From assembly GCA_965231035.1 (NCBI GenBank), contig OZ246409.1, positions 29,001 to 61,000 on the forward strand: a stretch of 32,000 nt of DNA. Reading direction: 5' to 3'. Shown one piece after another: positions 1 through 8,002 of this stretch (its first letter is position 1; each line of letters begins with the position of its first letter). A program made the position numbers and the translations under genes. The notes under the pieces are model-generated. The model was not told the origin of the DNA. It saw nothing but the letters and a program-made list of their open reading frames with translations, and did no database searches. This DNA comes from an uncultured Muribaculaceae bacterium (lineage in GTDB: Bacteria; Pseudomonadota; Alphaproteobacteria; Rs-D84).

Positions 1-591
1 GATGTAAAAATGTACAGATTCAAGAAGTCTGACGGTATCGCAGGTTATTATGACGAGTCTGGAAACGGTGCGATTAAATCTTTGAAACGTACCCCAATAA
101 ATAATGCTCGCGTAACCAGCAGTTTCAGCCTGCATCGTTTACATCCGGTTTTGGGATTTACACGTGCACACAAGGGTGTAGACTTTCGTGCAGCAACCGG
201 AACTCCGATTCCTAGTGCAGGTGCTGGTCGTGTTGTTGCACGCGGATATAATGGCGGATACGGAAACTTTATTAAAATCAGACATAATGGGTCTTATGAA
301 ACTTTATACGGTCATATGTCCAGATTTGCCAAAGGTGTTGGTGTAGGAACAGCTGTACGCCAAGGTCAGATTGTTGGATATGTTGGTGCAACAGGAATTG
401 CAACAGGTCCACATTTACATTATGAAATTATAAAAAATGGCGTTCATGTTAATCCTATGACAGTTCAGTTGCCTGCGATTGATAATTTGAATACAACGGA
501 CAAGGAAAAATTCCTGAGTTTAAGAAAGATGATGGATTCAGCAATAAATGTGCTTGCCGAAAAACCAGATATGTTTGTTCAGATGTTATAA
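1..591 (+). CDS. M23 (LytM) family metallopeptidase, C-terminal part; 5' end lies outside the window
   Basis: The frame is open from the window edge. Zinc-ligand motifs HKGVDFRA (HxxxD) and GPHLHYEI (HxH) are present, along with GNFIKIRH and YGHMS, as is typical of M23 peptidases. Confidence 0.85.
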   Translation, partial: DVKMYRFKKSDGIAGYYDESGNGAIKSLKRTPINNARVTSSFSLHRLHPVLGFTRAHKGVDFRAATGTPIPSAGAGRVVARGYNGGYGNFIKIRHNGSYETLYGHMSRFAKGVGVGTAVRQGQIVGYVGATGIATGPHLHYEIIKNGVHVNPMTVQLPAIDNLNTTDKEKFLSLRKMMDSAINVLAEKPDMFVQML

Positions 592-616
592 AAAACCGCC
601 AATTTGGCGGTTTTTA
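591..616. terminator. Bidirectional rho-independent terminator between the M23 peptidase gene and ogt
   Basis: Hairpin AAAACCGCC-AATTT-GGCGGTTTT, flanked by an A-run and a T-run, between convergent genes. Confidence 0.6.
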
Positions 617-910
617 TTTTATAAAAACGTTTTCAGCGGCCAGTAATTTTCTTTTTGTTTTAATTCCACCGACACCGGAATATCCACCAATAGAACCATC
701 CGAGCTTATTACTCTGTGGCAGGGGATTATTGGGGCCATTGGGTTTTTGCCAACGGCATTTGCAACTGCACGAACGGCATTAGGATGTCCACACATCGCG
801 GCCGGTTTCTTATAACTGACCATTTGCCCACAGGGAATCATTGTCAACGCCCGCCAAACATCCTTTTGAAAAGGTGTTCCATTCAATTTTTCGATATTTA
901 TATTTTTCAT
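614..910 (-). CDS. ogt: Methylated-DNA-protein-cysteine methyltransferase, short single-domain form (98 aa)
   Basis: Contains the PCHRV active site (IIPCHRVISS), FQKDVW and a NAVGKNP-type helix. I use the internal start MKNINIEKL at 910. The longer ORF to 1111 would run through the promoter and start of the divergent neighbour. Confidence 0.8.
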   Translation of the reverse strand: MKNINIEKLNGTPFQKDVWRALTMIPCGQMVSYKKPAAMCGHPNAVRAVANAVGKNPMAPIIPCHRVISSDGSIGGYSGVGGIKTKRKLLAAENVFIK

Positions 911-959
911 ATCCTTGATAGTATCAAAGTTTCTGATATTGTATAAATAAATTAATATA

Positions 960-987
960 TTGACAAAAATATATAAAGTATTATATT
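960..987 (+). promoter_or_regulatory. Sigma70-like promoter for the ORF at 1008
   Basis: TTGACA (960-965), a 16-nt spacer, then TATATT (982-987), about 20 nt upstream of the ATG at 1008. Confidence 0.4.
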
Positions 988-1007
988 TGTCTAAAAGAGA
1001 ATAATAT

Positions 1008-1634
1008 ATGAAAAATAAAAAAGAAATTTTTGAAACAGTGGAAATTATCGCAGGAAGCCTGAATATTAGTGGGTATAAAACAGTTTTGGCAACAAACCTT
1101 GTTTTGTGCAAGAACTTTTATGCTCCTGATGCAGAAAAAGTTGAAATACCAGGGCTTATAAGAGCTTGGAATGTTCTGATTAAAAATGCAACGTTTGCAG
1201 ATTTTAGTAATATCGAAGAAACCGTATGTTTTGACGGGAGAAAATTAAAAAATGTAAATGCTCCGAAATACAGAATGTCTGGAAATTTGCATTTTCACTC
1301 GGCTGGTATAATCAATGCGCCAAAGGTGCAGGTAGATGGTAATTTATATGCTTTTAATGCGCATACAATAATTGTAAAAGATGTTAATGGAAAACTGTAT
1401 TGTAATAAAACAGCCGTTGTCGAAGGCAATTGTAAAGAAATTAAAAGAAATGATAATTGGGTTTTTGTTAATAACAAGGTTTTTATTATAACAGAAGAAA
1501 AAAATAAAAAATGTGTGCTGGTCAGCGAGGATGGTGAATATAATCCCCATGCTATACTAAACAAATATGGAGAATGGGTTTTACACAGTAACCTTATTTC
1601 AAATATAAAAAGAGACATGGAAAAAGGTATATAA
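1008..1634 (+). CDS. Hypothetical protein (208 aa), AT-rich orphan
   Basis: Long ORF with its own consensus promoter and a downstream hairpin terminator. I recognise no family motif. Confidence 0.5.
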   Translation: MKNKKEIFETVEIIAGSLNISGYKTVLATNLVLCKNFYAPDAEKVEIPGLIRAWNVLIKNATFADFSNIEETVCFDGRKLKNVNAPKYRMSGNLHFHSAGIINAPKVQVDGNLYAFNAHTIIVKDVNGKLYCNKTAVVEGNCKEIKRNDNWVFVNNKVFIITEEKNKKCVLVSEDGEYNPHAILNKYGEWVLHSNLISNIKRDMEKGI

Positions 1635-1642
1635 TTTTTAAT

Positions 1643-1667
1643 AAACACCCGAAAGGGTGTTTATTTA
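1643..1667 (+). terminator. Rho-independent terminator
   Basis: Hairpin AAACACCC-GAAA-GGGTGTTT followed by T-rich sequence. Confidence 0.55.
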
Positions 1668-1722
1668 ATTAAGGTTTGAATTAAGGCCTAAAATAGTGTA
1701 AAATATAACATGTGGGAGAGAT

Positions 1723-2220
1723 GTGTTAATGGCTTTTATAAAGCGCGTTTATAACACGTTGTTTAAATTTTTATCACTTCTGTTTTTTTTGCGACATATT
1801 ACTTTTAATTTTAAATATGGTCTCAAAAGGAAAGAGGGTGGTCTTTTATACCCTAAAAGATTTCAATTTATTTTAATTTGTTTTTGCTGTGTATTTATTC
1901 CTGATGTTTCTTATGCTGAATTAACAGCTAAAACATATGTTGATACAATAGCCTCAAGCAAAGTGAATACTGTGGATTTGGCAAGTATTATTGCCGCGGC
2001 CATTACCGGTAAAGAAGATACGACTAATAAAATTAAATCTGTGTCTGGTGGTGGAACTGGGATCACATCCAGTTCAACTGATACTGGGTACCCCAGTGCA
2101 AAAGCGGTTTATGATTTATCAACGACCAAGGTAAGTTTAACTGGTGATGAAACAATAGGTGGAACAAAAACATTTTCGACTGGACCAATTGTTCCAACTC
2201 CAACTTATCCGACTTTGTAG
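1723..2220 (+). CDS. Hypothetical secreted or membrane protein with a tail-fibre-like C-terminal motif
   Basis: Has a hydrophobic N-terminal region (FILICFCCVFIPDVSYA). The motifs YPSAKAVYD and GDETIGGTKTF resemble those common in phage tail-fibre and adhesin proteins. The ORF ends 10 nt before the BspA-like gene. The exact start is uncertain. Confidence 0.45.
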   Translation: MLMAFIKRVYNTLFKFLSLLFFLRHITFNFKYGLKRKEGGLLYPKRFQFILICFCCVFIPDVSYAELTAKTYVDTIASSKVNTVDLASIIAAAITGKEDTTNKIKSVSGGGTGITSSSTDTGYPSAKAVYDLSTTKVSLTGDETIGGTKTFSTGPIVPTPTYPTL

Positions 2221-2230
2221 TGTTTAAAAA

Positions 2231-4792
2231 ATGAAAAAAATATTTTTGATTTTTTTAAGTGTTTTTTTATTTTGGACCTCTGATGCGTTTTCCAATCAGG
2301 GGATAAACGTTCAGTATGTTCACAATGCCGTAATGGCAGAGCATAATATTAACATCCCAATAAATGCAGCTGTAAATCCAAATGCGGCTGCAAATATGCA
2401 ATATGTCTTGTACCTTGTTGATTTAGCAAATCAATCATTGAATGGATGGGCTGTAACAAATTATGCATCAACTGCATATGCTACAACAAAATGGGCAGAC
2501 ACAACATCTGCAAACTATGTTTTGAAAAATTTAATAAGAATAGTACCTGTTTTTACAGCAACTACGGTTGCCAGTACAACAAGTTTCAGTTTTTACATAA
2601 GTGCAAAGGGAAATTTTTCAATTAATTGGGGTGATGGGAATACAGATACAATTACAAAAGCAAATACAACAAATACTTCATATTCTCATACATATTCAAC
2701 GGCTGGAACATACCAGGTAAAAATATCTGGATTGGCAACAGGTTATAATACAAGTCCGACCGTATCTGCGATAAGTTTTTCTTCTAATAGTAAACTTGCA
2801 GGAATTAGTGGAAAATTAGGTACTATATTTCCCACAGTTGGAACCGGGGTCGGTAATCAACCGGTTTTTTATAATTTGTTTTCTAATTGCACAAATTTGG
2901 TTGGGTCAATTCCCACAGGGTTATTTGATGGTATAACAGGAACCCCGATTCCATCAATATTTCAAAACACTTTTTATGGGTGCGCTAGGTTAACAGGATC
3001 TATACCTGATGGATTATTTTCTGGTTTAACAGGTGTTCCTGCTGCAAATATGTTTGATGGTACTTTCCGAGGTTGCACTGGATTAACAGGGGCCATTCCA
3101 TCAGTATTGTTTGGCAGCATGTCAGGTGTTCCAGCTTCAAGTATGTTTAATCAAACATTTTATAATTGCAGTGGGTTAACAGGTTCTATACCAAGTGATT
3201 TATTCGCTGGAATGTCGGGTGCACCAGCAGCTAGTATGTTTAATGGGACATTTTGTGGTTGTAACAGTTTAACAGGATCAATAGCTTCTGAATTATTCGC
3301 TGGAATATCGGGTTCCCCAGCAGCAAATATGTTTAATCAAACATTTTATGGTTGTGTTGGATTAACAGGGGCTATTCCATCAGGATTGTTTGGCAGTATA
3401 TCAGGTGCGCCAGCAGCAAACATGTTTTATGGGACATTTTATAGTTGTACCGGTTTAACAGGCACAATACCTTCTGGGTTATTCACTGGAATTTCGGGTA
3501 CTCCTGCAAGTCAGATGTTCTATGCAATTTTTTCAGGTTGTACCGGTTTAACTGGTGCAATACCTTCGGGATTATTTGGAAATATATCTGGTACACCGGC
3601 GCAGTACATGTTTTATAGAACTTTTTATAATTGCAGCAATTTAACTTCTATACCAACCAATTTATTTGGAAATATATCTGGCACGCCAGCTACGGGTATG
3701 TTTCAACAAACATTCAATGGATGTACAGGTTTAACTGGAACAATACCTTCGGGTTTATTTGGAAATATATCTGGTGCACCAGCATCAGGAATGTTTAATT
3801 CAACATTCAGTGGGTGTTCTGGATTGACTGGATCTATTCCAACGGGTTTATTTGGAAGTTTGTCTGGTGCCCCAGCTACCCAAATGTTTGATTATACTTT
3901 TATGAGTTGCAGTGGATTGACTGGATCTATTCCAACAAATTTATTTGGAAGTTTATCTGGTGCCCCAGCCACATATATGTTTGAAGGTACATTCTTGGCA
4001 TGCGGTGGTTTAACAGGAACTATACCCTCAGGATTGTTTGGAAGTTTAACTGGTGCACCAGCAGTAAATATGTTCAGTGGTACTTTTCAGGGTTGTGTTG
4101 GATTAACTGGTGAAATACCATCGGGATTGTTTGGAAGTTTAACTGGTGCACCAGCACAGTACATGTTCAGTGCAACTTTTGGCGGTTGTACCGGTTTGAC
4201 AGGCATACCATCGGGTTTATTTGGAAATATAACTGGGGCACCTGCACAAAGTATGTATTATGGTACATTCAACGGGTGCACCGGTTTAACAAGTTCTATT
4301 CCATCAGGTTTGTTTGGAAATGTAAGCGGGGCAGCGGCTGTTTCAATGTATTATGGAACGTTCAGTGGGTGCACTGGCTTGACAGGATCAATACCCTCAG
4401 GGTTATTTGGAAACATAACGGGCTCTCCGGCTGCAAATATGTTTCGTGATACATTCAGAAATTGTTCAAGCTTAACCGGAACAATACCATCCGGATTATT
4501 TGGCAGCATATCAGGAAGCCCAACTAACTATATGTTTAATTCAACATTTAATGGGTGTAGTGGTTTGACAGAGTTGGGTGGTTTTGAAAACTGTACATTT
4601 ACATCTGGAACTTCAGTTTATTATCCAATTGGTGGAACATTTTATGGATGTACAAGTGCAACTGGGGAATCCCCGTCAGATAAAAATGGAATGAAGTTCT
4701 ATAACTGGGATACATCTACATCATCATTACAAACATTTTATGGTGATACAAATCTATCAGATTACAGTACAATCCCATCAACAAGAAAATAA
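2231..4792 (+). CDS. BspA-family / DUF285-type leucine-rich repeat surface protein (853 aa)
   Basis: Sec signal peptide (MKKIFLIFLSVFLFWTSDAFS). An N-terminal module reads SINWGDGNTDT..YSHTYSTAGTYQVKISG. It is followed by about 18 tandem ~31-aa units with consensus GLTG(S/T)IPSGLFG(N/S)(I/L)SGAPAxxMFxxTFxGC. Confidence 0.8.
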   Translation: MKKIFLIFLSVFLFWTSDAFSNQGINVQYVHNAVMAEHNINIPINAAVNPNAAANMQYVLYLVDLANQSLNGWAVTNYASTAYATTKWADTTSANYVLKNLIRIVPVFTATTVASTTSFSFYISAKGNFSINWGDGNTDTITKANTTNTSYSHTYSTAGTYQVKISGLATGYNTSPTVSAISFSSNSKLAGISGKLGTIFPTVGTGVGNQPVFYNLFSNCTNLVGSIPTGLFDGITGTPIPSIFQNTFYGCARLTGSIPDGLFSGLTGVPAANMFDGTFRGCTGLTGAIPSVLFGSMSGVPASSMFNQTFYNCSGLTGSIPSDLFAGMSGAPAASMFNGTFCGCNSLTGSIASELFAGISGSPAANMFNQTFYGCVGLTGAIPSGLFGSISGAPAANMFYGTFYSCTGLTGTIPSGLFTGISGTPASQMFYAIFSGCTGLTGAIPSGLFGNISGTPAQYMFYRTFYNCSNLTSIPTNLFGNISGTPATGMFQQTFNGCTGLTGTIPSGLFGNISGAPASGMFNSTFSGCSGLTGSIPTGLFGSLSGAPATQMFDYTFMSCSGLTGSIPTNLFGSLSGAPATYMFEGTFLACGGLTGTIPSGLFGSLTGAPAVNMFSGTFQGCVGLTGEIPSGLFGSLTGAPAQYMFSATFGGCTGLTGIPSGLFGNITGAPAQSMYYGTFNGCTGLTSSIPSGLFGNVSGAAAVSMYYGTFSGCTGLTGSIPSGLFGNITGSPAANMFRDTFRNCSSLTGTIPSGLFGSISGSPTNYMFNSTFNGCSGLTELGGFENCTFTSGTSVYYPIGGTFYGCTSATGESPSDKNGMKFYNWDTSTSSLQTFYGDTNLSDYSTIPSTRK
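2860..4570 (+). repeat. Intragenic tandem repeat array, about 18 units of about 93 nt (imperfect)
   Basis: The units ..GGTTTAACAGG..ATACC(T/A)TC(G/A)GG(A/T)TTATTTGGAA..GGTGCACCAGC..ATGTT.. recur periodically, visibly so at both DNA and protein level. Confidence 0.8.
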
Positions 4793-4816
4793 AAAACACC
4801 CATAACGGGTGTTTTA
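4792..4816 (+). terminator. Rho-independent terminator
   Basis: Hairpin AAAACACCC-ATAAC-GGGTGTTTT directly after the stop codon. Confidence 0.6.
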
Positions 4817-4826
4817 TTCTGAAAAC

Positions 4827-4903
4827 TGGTGCGCCCAGAAGGATTCGAACCCTCAGTCTTCTGATCCGTAGTCAGATGCTTTATCCAGTTAAGCTATGAG
4901 CGC
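4827..4903 (-). tRNA. tRNA-Arg (anticodon ACG)
   Basis: The reverse complement folds as a 77-nt cloverleaf: GCGCTCA/TGGGCGC acceptor stem, GCTT..AAGC D arm, TCTGA-CTACGGA-TCAGA anticodon arm, GAGGG-TTCGAAT-CCTTC T arm and an encoded CCA. Confidence 0.9.
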
Positions 4904-4980
4904 AACGGGGCTAATTTTATATTAAATTCATCAAAAAGCAAGAAAAAATAACATGTTTTTAGTATAATATCTGATATGTA

Positions 4981-5008
4981 TTGACAAAGTCGTTATACAG
5001 TCTATATT
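4981..5008 (+). promoter_or_regulatory. Sigma70-like promoter for the radical SAM gene
   Basis: TTGACA (4981-4986), a 16-nt spacer, then TATATT (5003-5008), about 33 nt upstream of the ATG at 5042. Confidence 0.45.
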
Positions 5009-5041
5009 ATTAGCACAAATTTTGAAATTAATAAAATACCA

Positions 5042-5971
5042 ATGCGAAAAGAAAAACAATTTTATGTGCCTCATGTAAGTTTTTACCTGAATGCCTATGT
5101 AACTTATTTTTGTAACCGTGCGTGCGAACATTGTCTTACTTGTTCCAGTCCGAAAAGATCCAAAGAAATTTTACCGTTTGAAGATATTTTGTTTTATATT
5201 CATGAATTCAAAAAAAGTAACAATTTTAGGCATGTAGTATTAAATGGTGGAGAAGCAACATCTGCATATTATTTTCATTCTGATGATTATATGTCAATTC
5301 TTTATACTGAACTGTTAAAAAATAAATGCAATATAGAGTTGCATACAAATTCTGTTTGGGCCAGTTCGGCAAAAGCTGATATTATATGGCAAGATTTAAA
5401 AATTTTGGATAATCCTGATAAATGTGGAAGTTCTGAAAATATTTTGGATTTGTCTTGCGATAAATATCATAAAAATATGAAAGAGATAAAAGAAAGTATT
5501 AAAATTTTGTCAGGTTCTGAATTTAATCAAAAAAAACTTTCAAAGAAAATATTATCTTTTAAAAATGATCCTATTGTTGCCGAAGTTCAAAATTATCAAA
5601 AAAAAGATTATCCAAAATCTGACATTTTTTATTCAATTTATAATGATGTTATTAAAACTGGTCGAGCAGCAAAAAATAATATAGGTATTGATGTACCATT
5701 CTTTGAATATCAGACGGAATATACAACATTTATAAATTTTTGGTCAGATTTTATGATAAGTCTTTATCCAAACAGAACTGCTTCAATAGGGGCTTCTCAT
5801 GATGGTAAACGAAGAGTTTCTTATGTTAATAAAGACGGTTCATTAAAATCATGGGAACAGCTGTATCCACAGCTTGTACAGAAATATCTTGATTGTTATA
5901 AGGCAGATAAATGCAATTTATTAGATATAAAAGTTTTAACCAGAGCTTTTGTGCCAAAAAACTGTAGATAA
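5042..5971 (+). CDS. Radical SAM enzyme of unknown specificity (309 aa)
   Basis: N-terminal CxxxCxxC cluster motif (FCNRACEHC) and a GGE SAM-binding motif (VVLNGGEATS). The remainder is unrecognised. Confidence 0.75.
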   Translation: MRKEKQFYVPHVSFYLNAYVTYFCNRACEHCLTCSSPKRSKEILPFEDILFYIHEFKKSNNFRHVVLNGGEATSAYYFHSDDYMSILYTELLKNKCNIELHTNSVWASSAKADIIWQDLKILDNPDKCGSSENILDLSCDKYHKNMKEIKESIKILSGSEFNQKKLSKKILSFKNDPIVAEVQNYQKKDYPKSDIFYSIYNDVIKTGRAAKNNIGIDVPFFEYQTEYTTFINFWSDFMISLYPNRTASIGASHDGKRRVSYVNKDGSLKSWEQLYPQLVQKYLDCYKADKCNLLDIKVLTRAFVPKNCR

Positions 5972-5975
5972 AAAA

Positions 5976-6564
5976 TTATTTTCCGTTTCCATAATACGCT
6001 TTGTTATAACATATTCTGCATACAGAAAGATAATTCTCGTCACCAATTGAGAATTGTTCTCCTTCTCGAATAACATTCCCGTTTTTGTCTTTACGCAAAT
6101 GATGTGTTGCTTTTCTTAAACACTCTTCTGTCTGACAACTTGATTCAATTATGTGTAAATTTGCTCCAACTTCTACAAGTCTTTGGGATGCAGGGAACAG
6201 GTGTTGATTACTATCTACCATCAAACCATAACACATCACAATAACATTTTTATTATCGGCAATATCAACCATAATATCGATATTGGATGGTTTAAAGAAC
6301 TGAACTTCATCAATAAATAAAATTTTAGTATCTTTTTTTTATTGAATAACTAGAAAGGTCGGGTAAAGCCAAAGCTGGTGTTTTAATCATATTTCCTGGA
6401 CCACCCATACGTGATACAACCTCTGATTTAGAAAATCTATTATCAAAAGAAGGTTTTAACACTTCTACACCTACACCTTTTTTTCGAAAATTAAATGCAT
6501 TAGAAATAAGAAAACCAGATTTTAGAGACCCCATAACACCATAATGAAAATGTAAATTTGCCAT
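5976..6564 (-). pseudogene. tdk: Thymidine kinase, frameshifted
   Basis: Two same-strand ORFs are together colinear with type II thymidine kinase (MANLHFHYGVMGSLKS.., ..ILFIDEVQFF.., ..CYGL.., ..LSVCRICY). Their frames differ by 1 nt at an A8 run (T8 on the + strand, 6333-6340). The P-loop GSLKSG lacks the conserved Gly of GK(S/T). Confidence 0.8.
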
Positions 6565-6583
6565 ATTTTGCCTTTTAGGTTGA

Positions 6584-7513
6584 CTACATACTTTCTAATC
6601 TTTTAATACGTTCAGCGACCGGTGGGTGAGTTGCAAAAGCTTCACCAATAAATTCGCGTGGTGCTGTTGGATCTGCAATGCACATTGCCGCCATAGATTT
6701 TACTTTGTCTAGGCATTCAACACGAGAATCTTCGGTAATCTTGCGCAGCGCAGATGCCAATAATTTTGGGTTTCTGGTAATTTGAGCACCTGTGGCATCC
6801 GCTGCAAATTCACGCTTTCTGGATATTGCCATACGAAGTATTGGTGTGATAATCCAATTGAAAACCATAAATGCCAGCCATACCATTAACAAAATTGCAC
6901 CGTTGTTATTCTTTTCATCACTGCTGCGGTTGCCCCCATACATGGCTGTGCGTAAAATAATATCCGCTGCGAACACAGTAACACCAATTCCGGTTACCAA
7001 TAACATATCTAATCTGATATCACGATTTCCAATGTGTGCCATTTCATGTGCAATTACACCTTCCAGCTCCAGACGGCTTAATTTTTTTATAATTCCGGTG
7101 GTCAGTGCAACACTGGCGTCTTTGGGACTGCGTCCGGTTGCAAAAGCATTCAAAGATTCATCTTGGATTATATAAACACGAGGGCGGGGCAGTCCCGCAG
7201 CCAATGCAACATTTTCAACACTGCGAAAAACCTCGCGGTATTGTTCTTCATCTTCGTGAATTTCGGTTGCATTTGCAGAAGACAACATCATTGAATCACC
7301 AAAAGCCCAAGATATTCCCAACCAAACAAAGCAAGCCACAAACGTTGGAATTGCAACCATAGTTGTTGTATCAATCGCCTTTTGTAACGGTGCTACCATC
7401 CAAACAAACAAGAAAACTAATGCAATAAAAATTACAGGAAATAAAATAACCAAAATTGCAGTTTTTACATTATTGCTGCGAATATGATCATAAACAGTTT
7501 TAACTTTTTTCAT
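6584..7513 (-). CDS. htpX: Zinc metalloprotease HtpX (M48 family)
   Basis: Has N-terminal transmembrane segments, the HEMAH zinc motif (GVIAHEMAHIGNRD), two further transmembrane segments and the C-terminal FATHPPVAERI motif. Confidence 0.9.
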   Translation of the reverse strand: MKKVKTVYDHIRSNNVKTAILVILFPVIFIALVFLFVWMVAPLQKAIDTTTMVAIPTFVACFVWLGISWAFGDSMMLSSANATEIHEDEEQYREVFRSVENVALAAGLPRPRVYIIQDESLNAFATGRSPKDASVALTTGIIKKLSRLELEGVIAHEMAHIGNRDIRLDMLLVTGIGVTVFAADIILRTAMYGGNRSSDEKNNNGAILLMVWLAFMVFNWIITPILRMAISRKREFAADATGAQITRNPKLLASALRKITEDSRVECLDKVKSMAAMCIADPTAPREFIGEAFATHPPVAERIKRLESM

Positions 7514-7565
7514 AATTACTTCTTTTAATCATGACAATTATAGATAAAAAAAGAATTTTTTCAAT

Positions 7566-7937
7566 CTAATCTGATTTAACTTTTTTAATAAATATTTCAA
7601 AGCAACCATTGTTAATCGTTTTCCAAGAACGAATTTTATTGGCAAGTATCCCATTGGTTATCCAATCTTGGAATTTTGGTTTTAATATTCCGCTGGCACC
7701 AGTAATTATTCTCGCGCTTTTTATGCCTGAATTTATTAACTCATTAATTTCCGCCCATGCTTGTTCTTCGGTTTTTTGATGAAGATCCAAAGTAAAGTGT
7801 TCTGGGATTGGTTTTTTTTCTGGAATAAGCCGACTTAACTTTAATTCTGAACGAACTTGTTTTTTTACACTACTTTCATCTGGTGAAAAATCTTCACCAA
7901 TCATTTTATGCAAATCAAAATCAGACAATTGTTTCAT
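7566..7937 (-). CDS. Smr domain protein
   Basis: Smr-type core reading TLDLHQKTEEQAWAEINELI..ARIITGASG.. Confidence 0.7.
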   Translation of the reverse strand: MKQLSDFDLHKMIGEDFSPDESSVKKQVRSELKLSRLIPEKKPIPEHFTLDLHQKTEEQAWAEINELINSGIKSARIITGASGILKPKFQDWITNGILANKIRSWKTINNGCFEIFIKKVKSD

Positions 7938-7973
7938 ACTGGGTTATGTTAAAGCCAGTAATAGAAAAGTCCA

Positions 7974-7999
7974 TAAAAAAATCCGCCGAAGCGGATTTA
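7974..7999 (-). terminator. Rho-independent terminator after rlpA
   Basis: On the minus strand the hairpin reads AAATCCGC-TTCG-GCGGATTTTTTT, immediately after the rlpA stop. Confidence 0.55.
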
Positions 8000-8002
8000 A
8001 TT

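Noticed and set aside
911-1111. N-terminal extension of the ogt ORF (track ORF 614-1111, 165 aa)
   Set aside because: The extra 67 aa are low-complexity and hydrophobic (FLFFIYYSLL.., NILIYLYNI). They overlap the TTGACA-N16-TATATT promoter and the start of the divergent ORF at 1008. The MGMT domain begins just after the internal Met at 910.
4186-4449. Alternative-frame 87-aa ORF inside the BspA-like gene
   Set aside because: It is a by-product of the periodic repeat DNA. Its translation is W/R/K/Y-rich with no motif, and it is fully nested in the well-supported repeat protein frame.
2860-4570. Regularly spaced repeats that might suggest a CRISPR array (also at 31784-32000)
   Set aside because: The repeats are contiguous and imperfect, and they maintain a long open reading frame encoding LRR-like or 42-aa protein repeats. 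There is no repeat-spacer architecture, and no cas genes are present in the window.
4827-4903. tRNA-Arg and tRNA-Gly (21258-21334) as island attachment sites with direct repeats
   Set aside because: I scanned the flanking accessory-looking regions by eye for a second copy of either tRNA's 3' end and found none. The accessory ORFs beside tRNA-Gly lie on its 5' side, which is atypical for integrase-mediated insertion. An island origin remains possible but is unsupported here.
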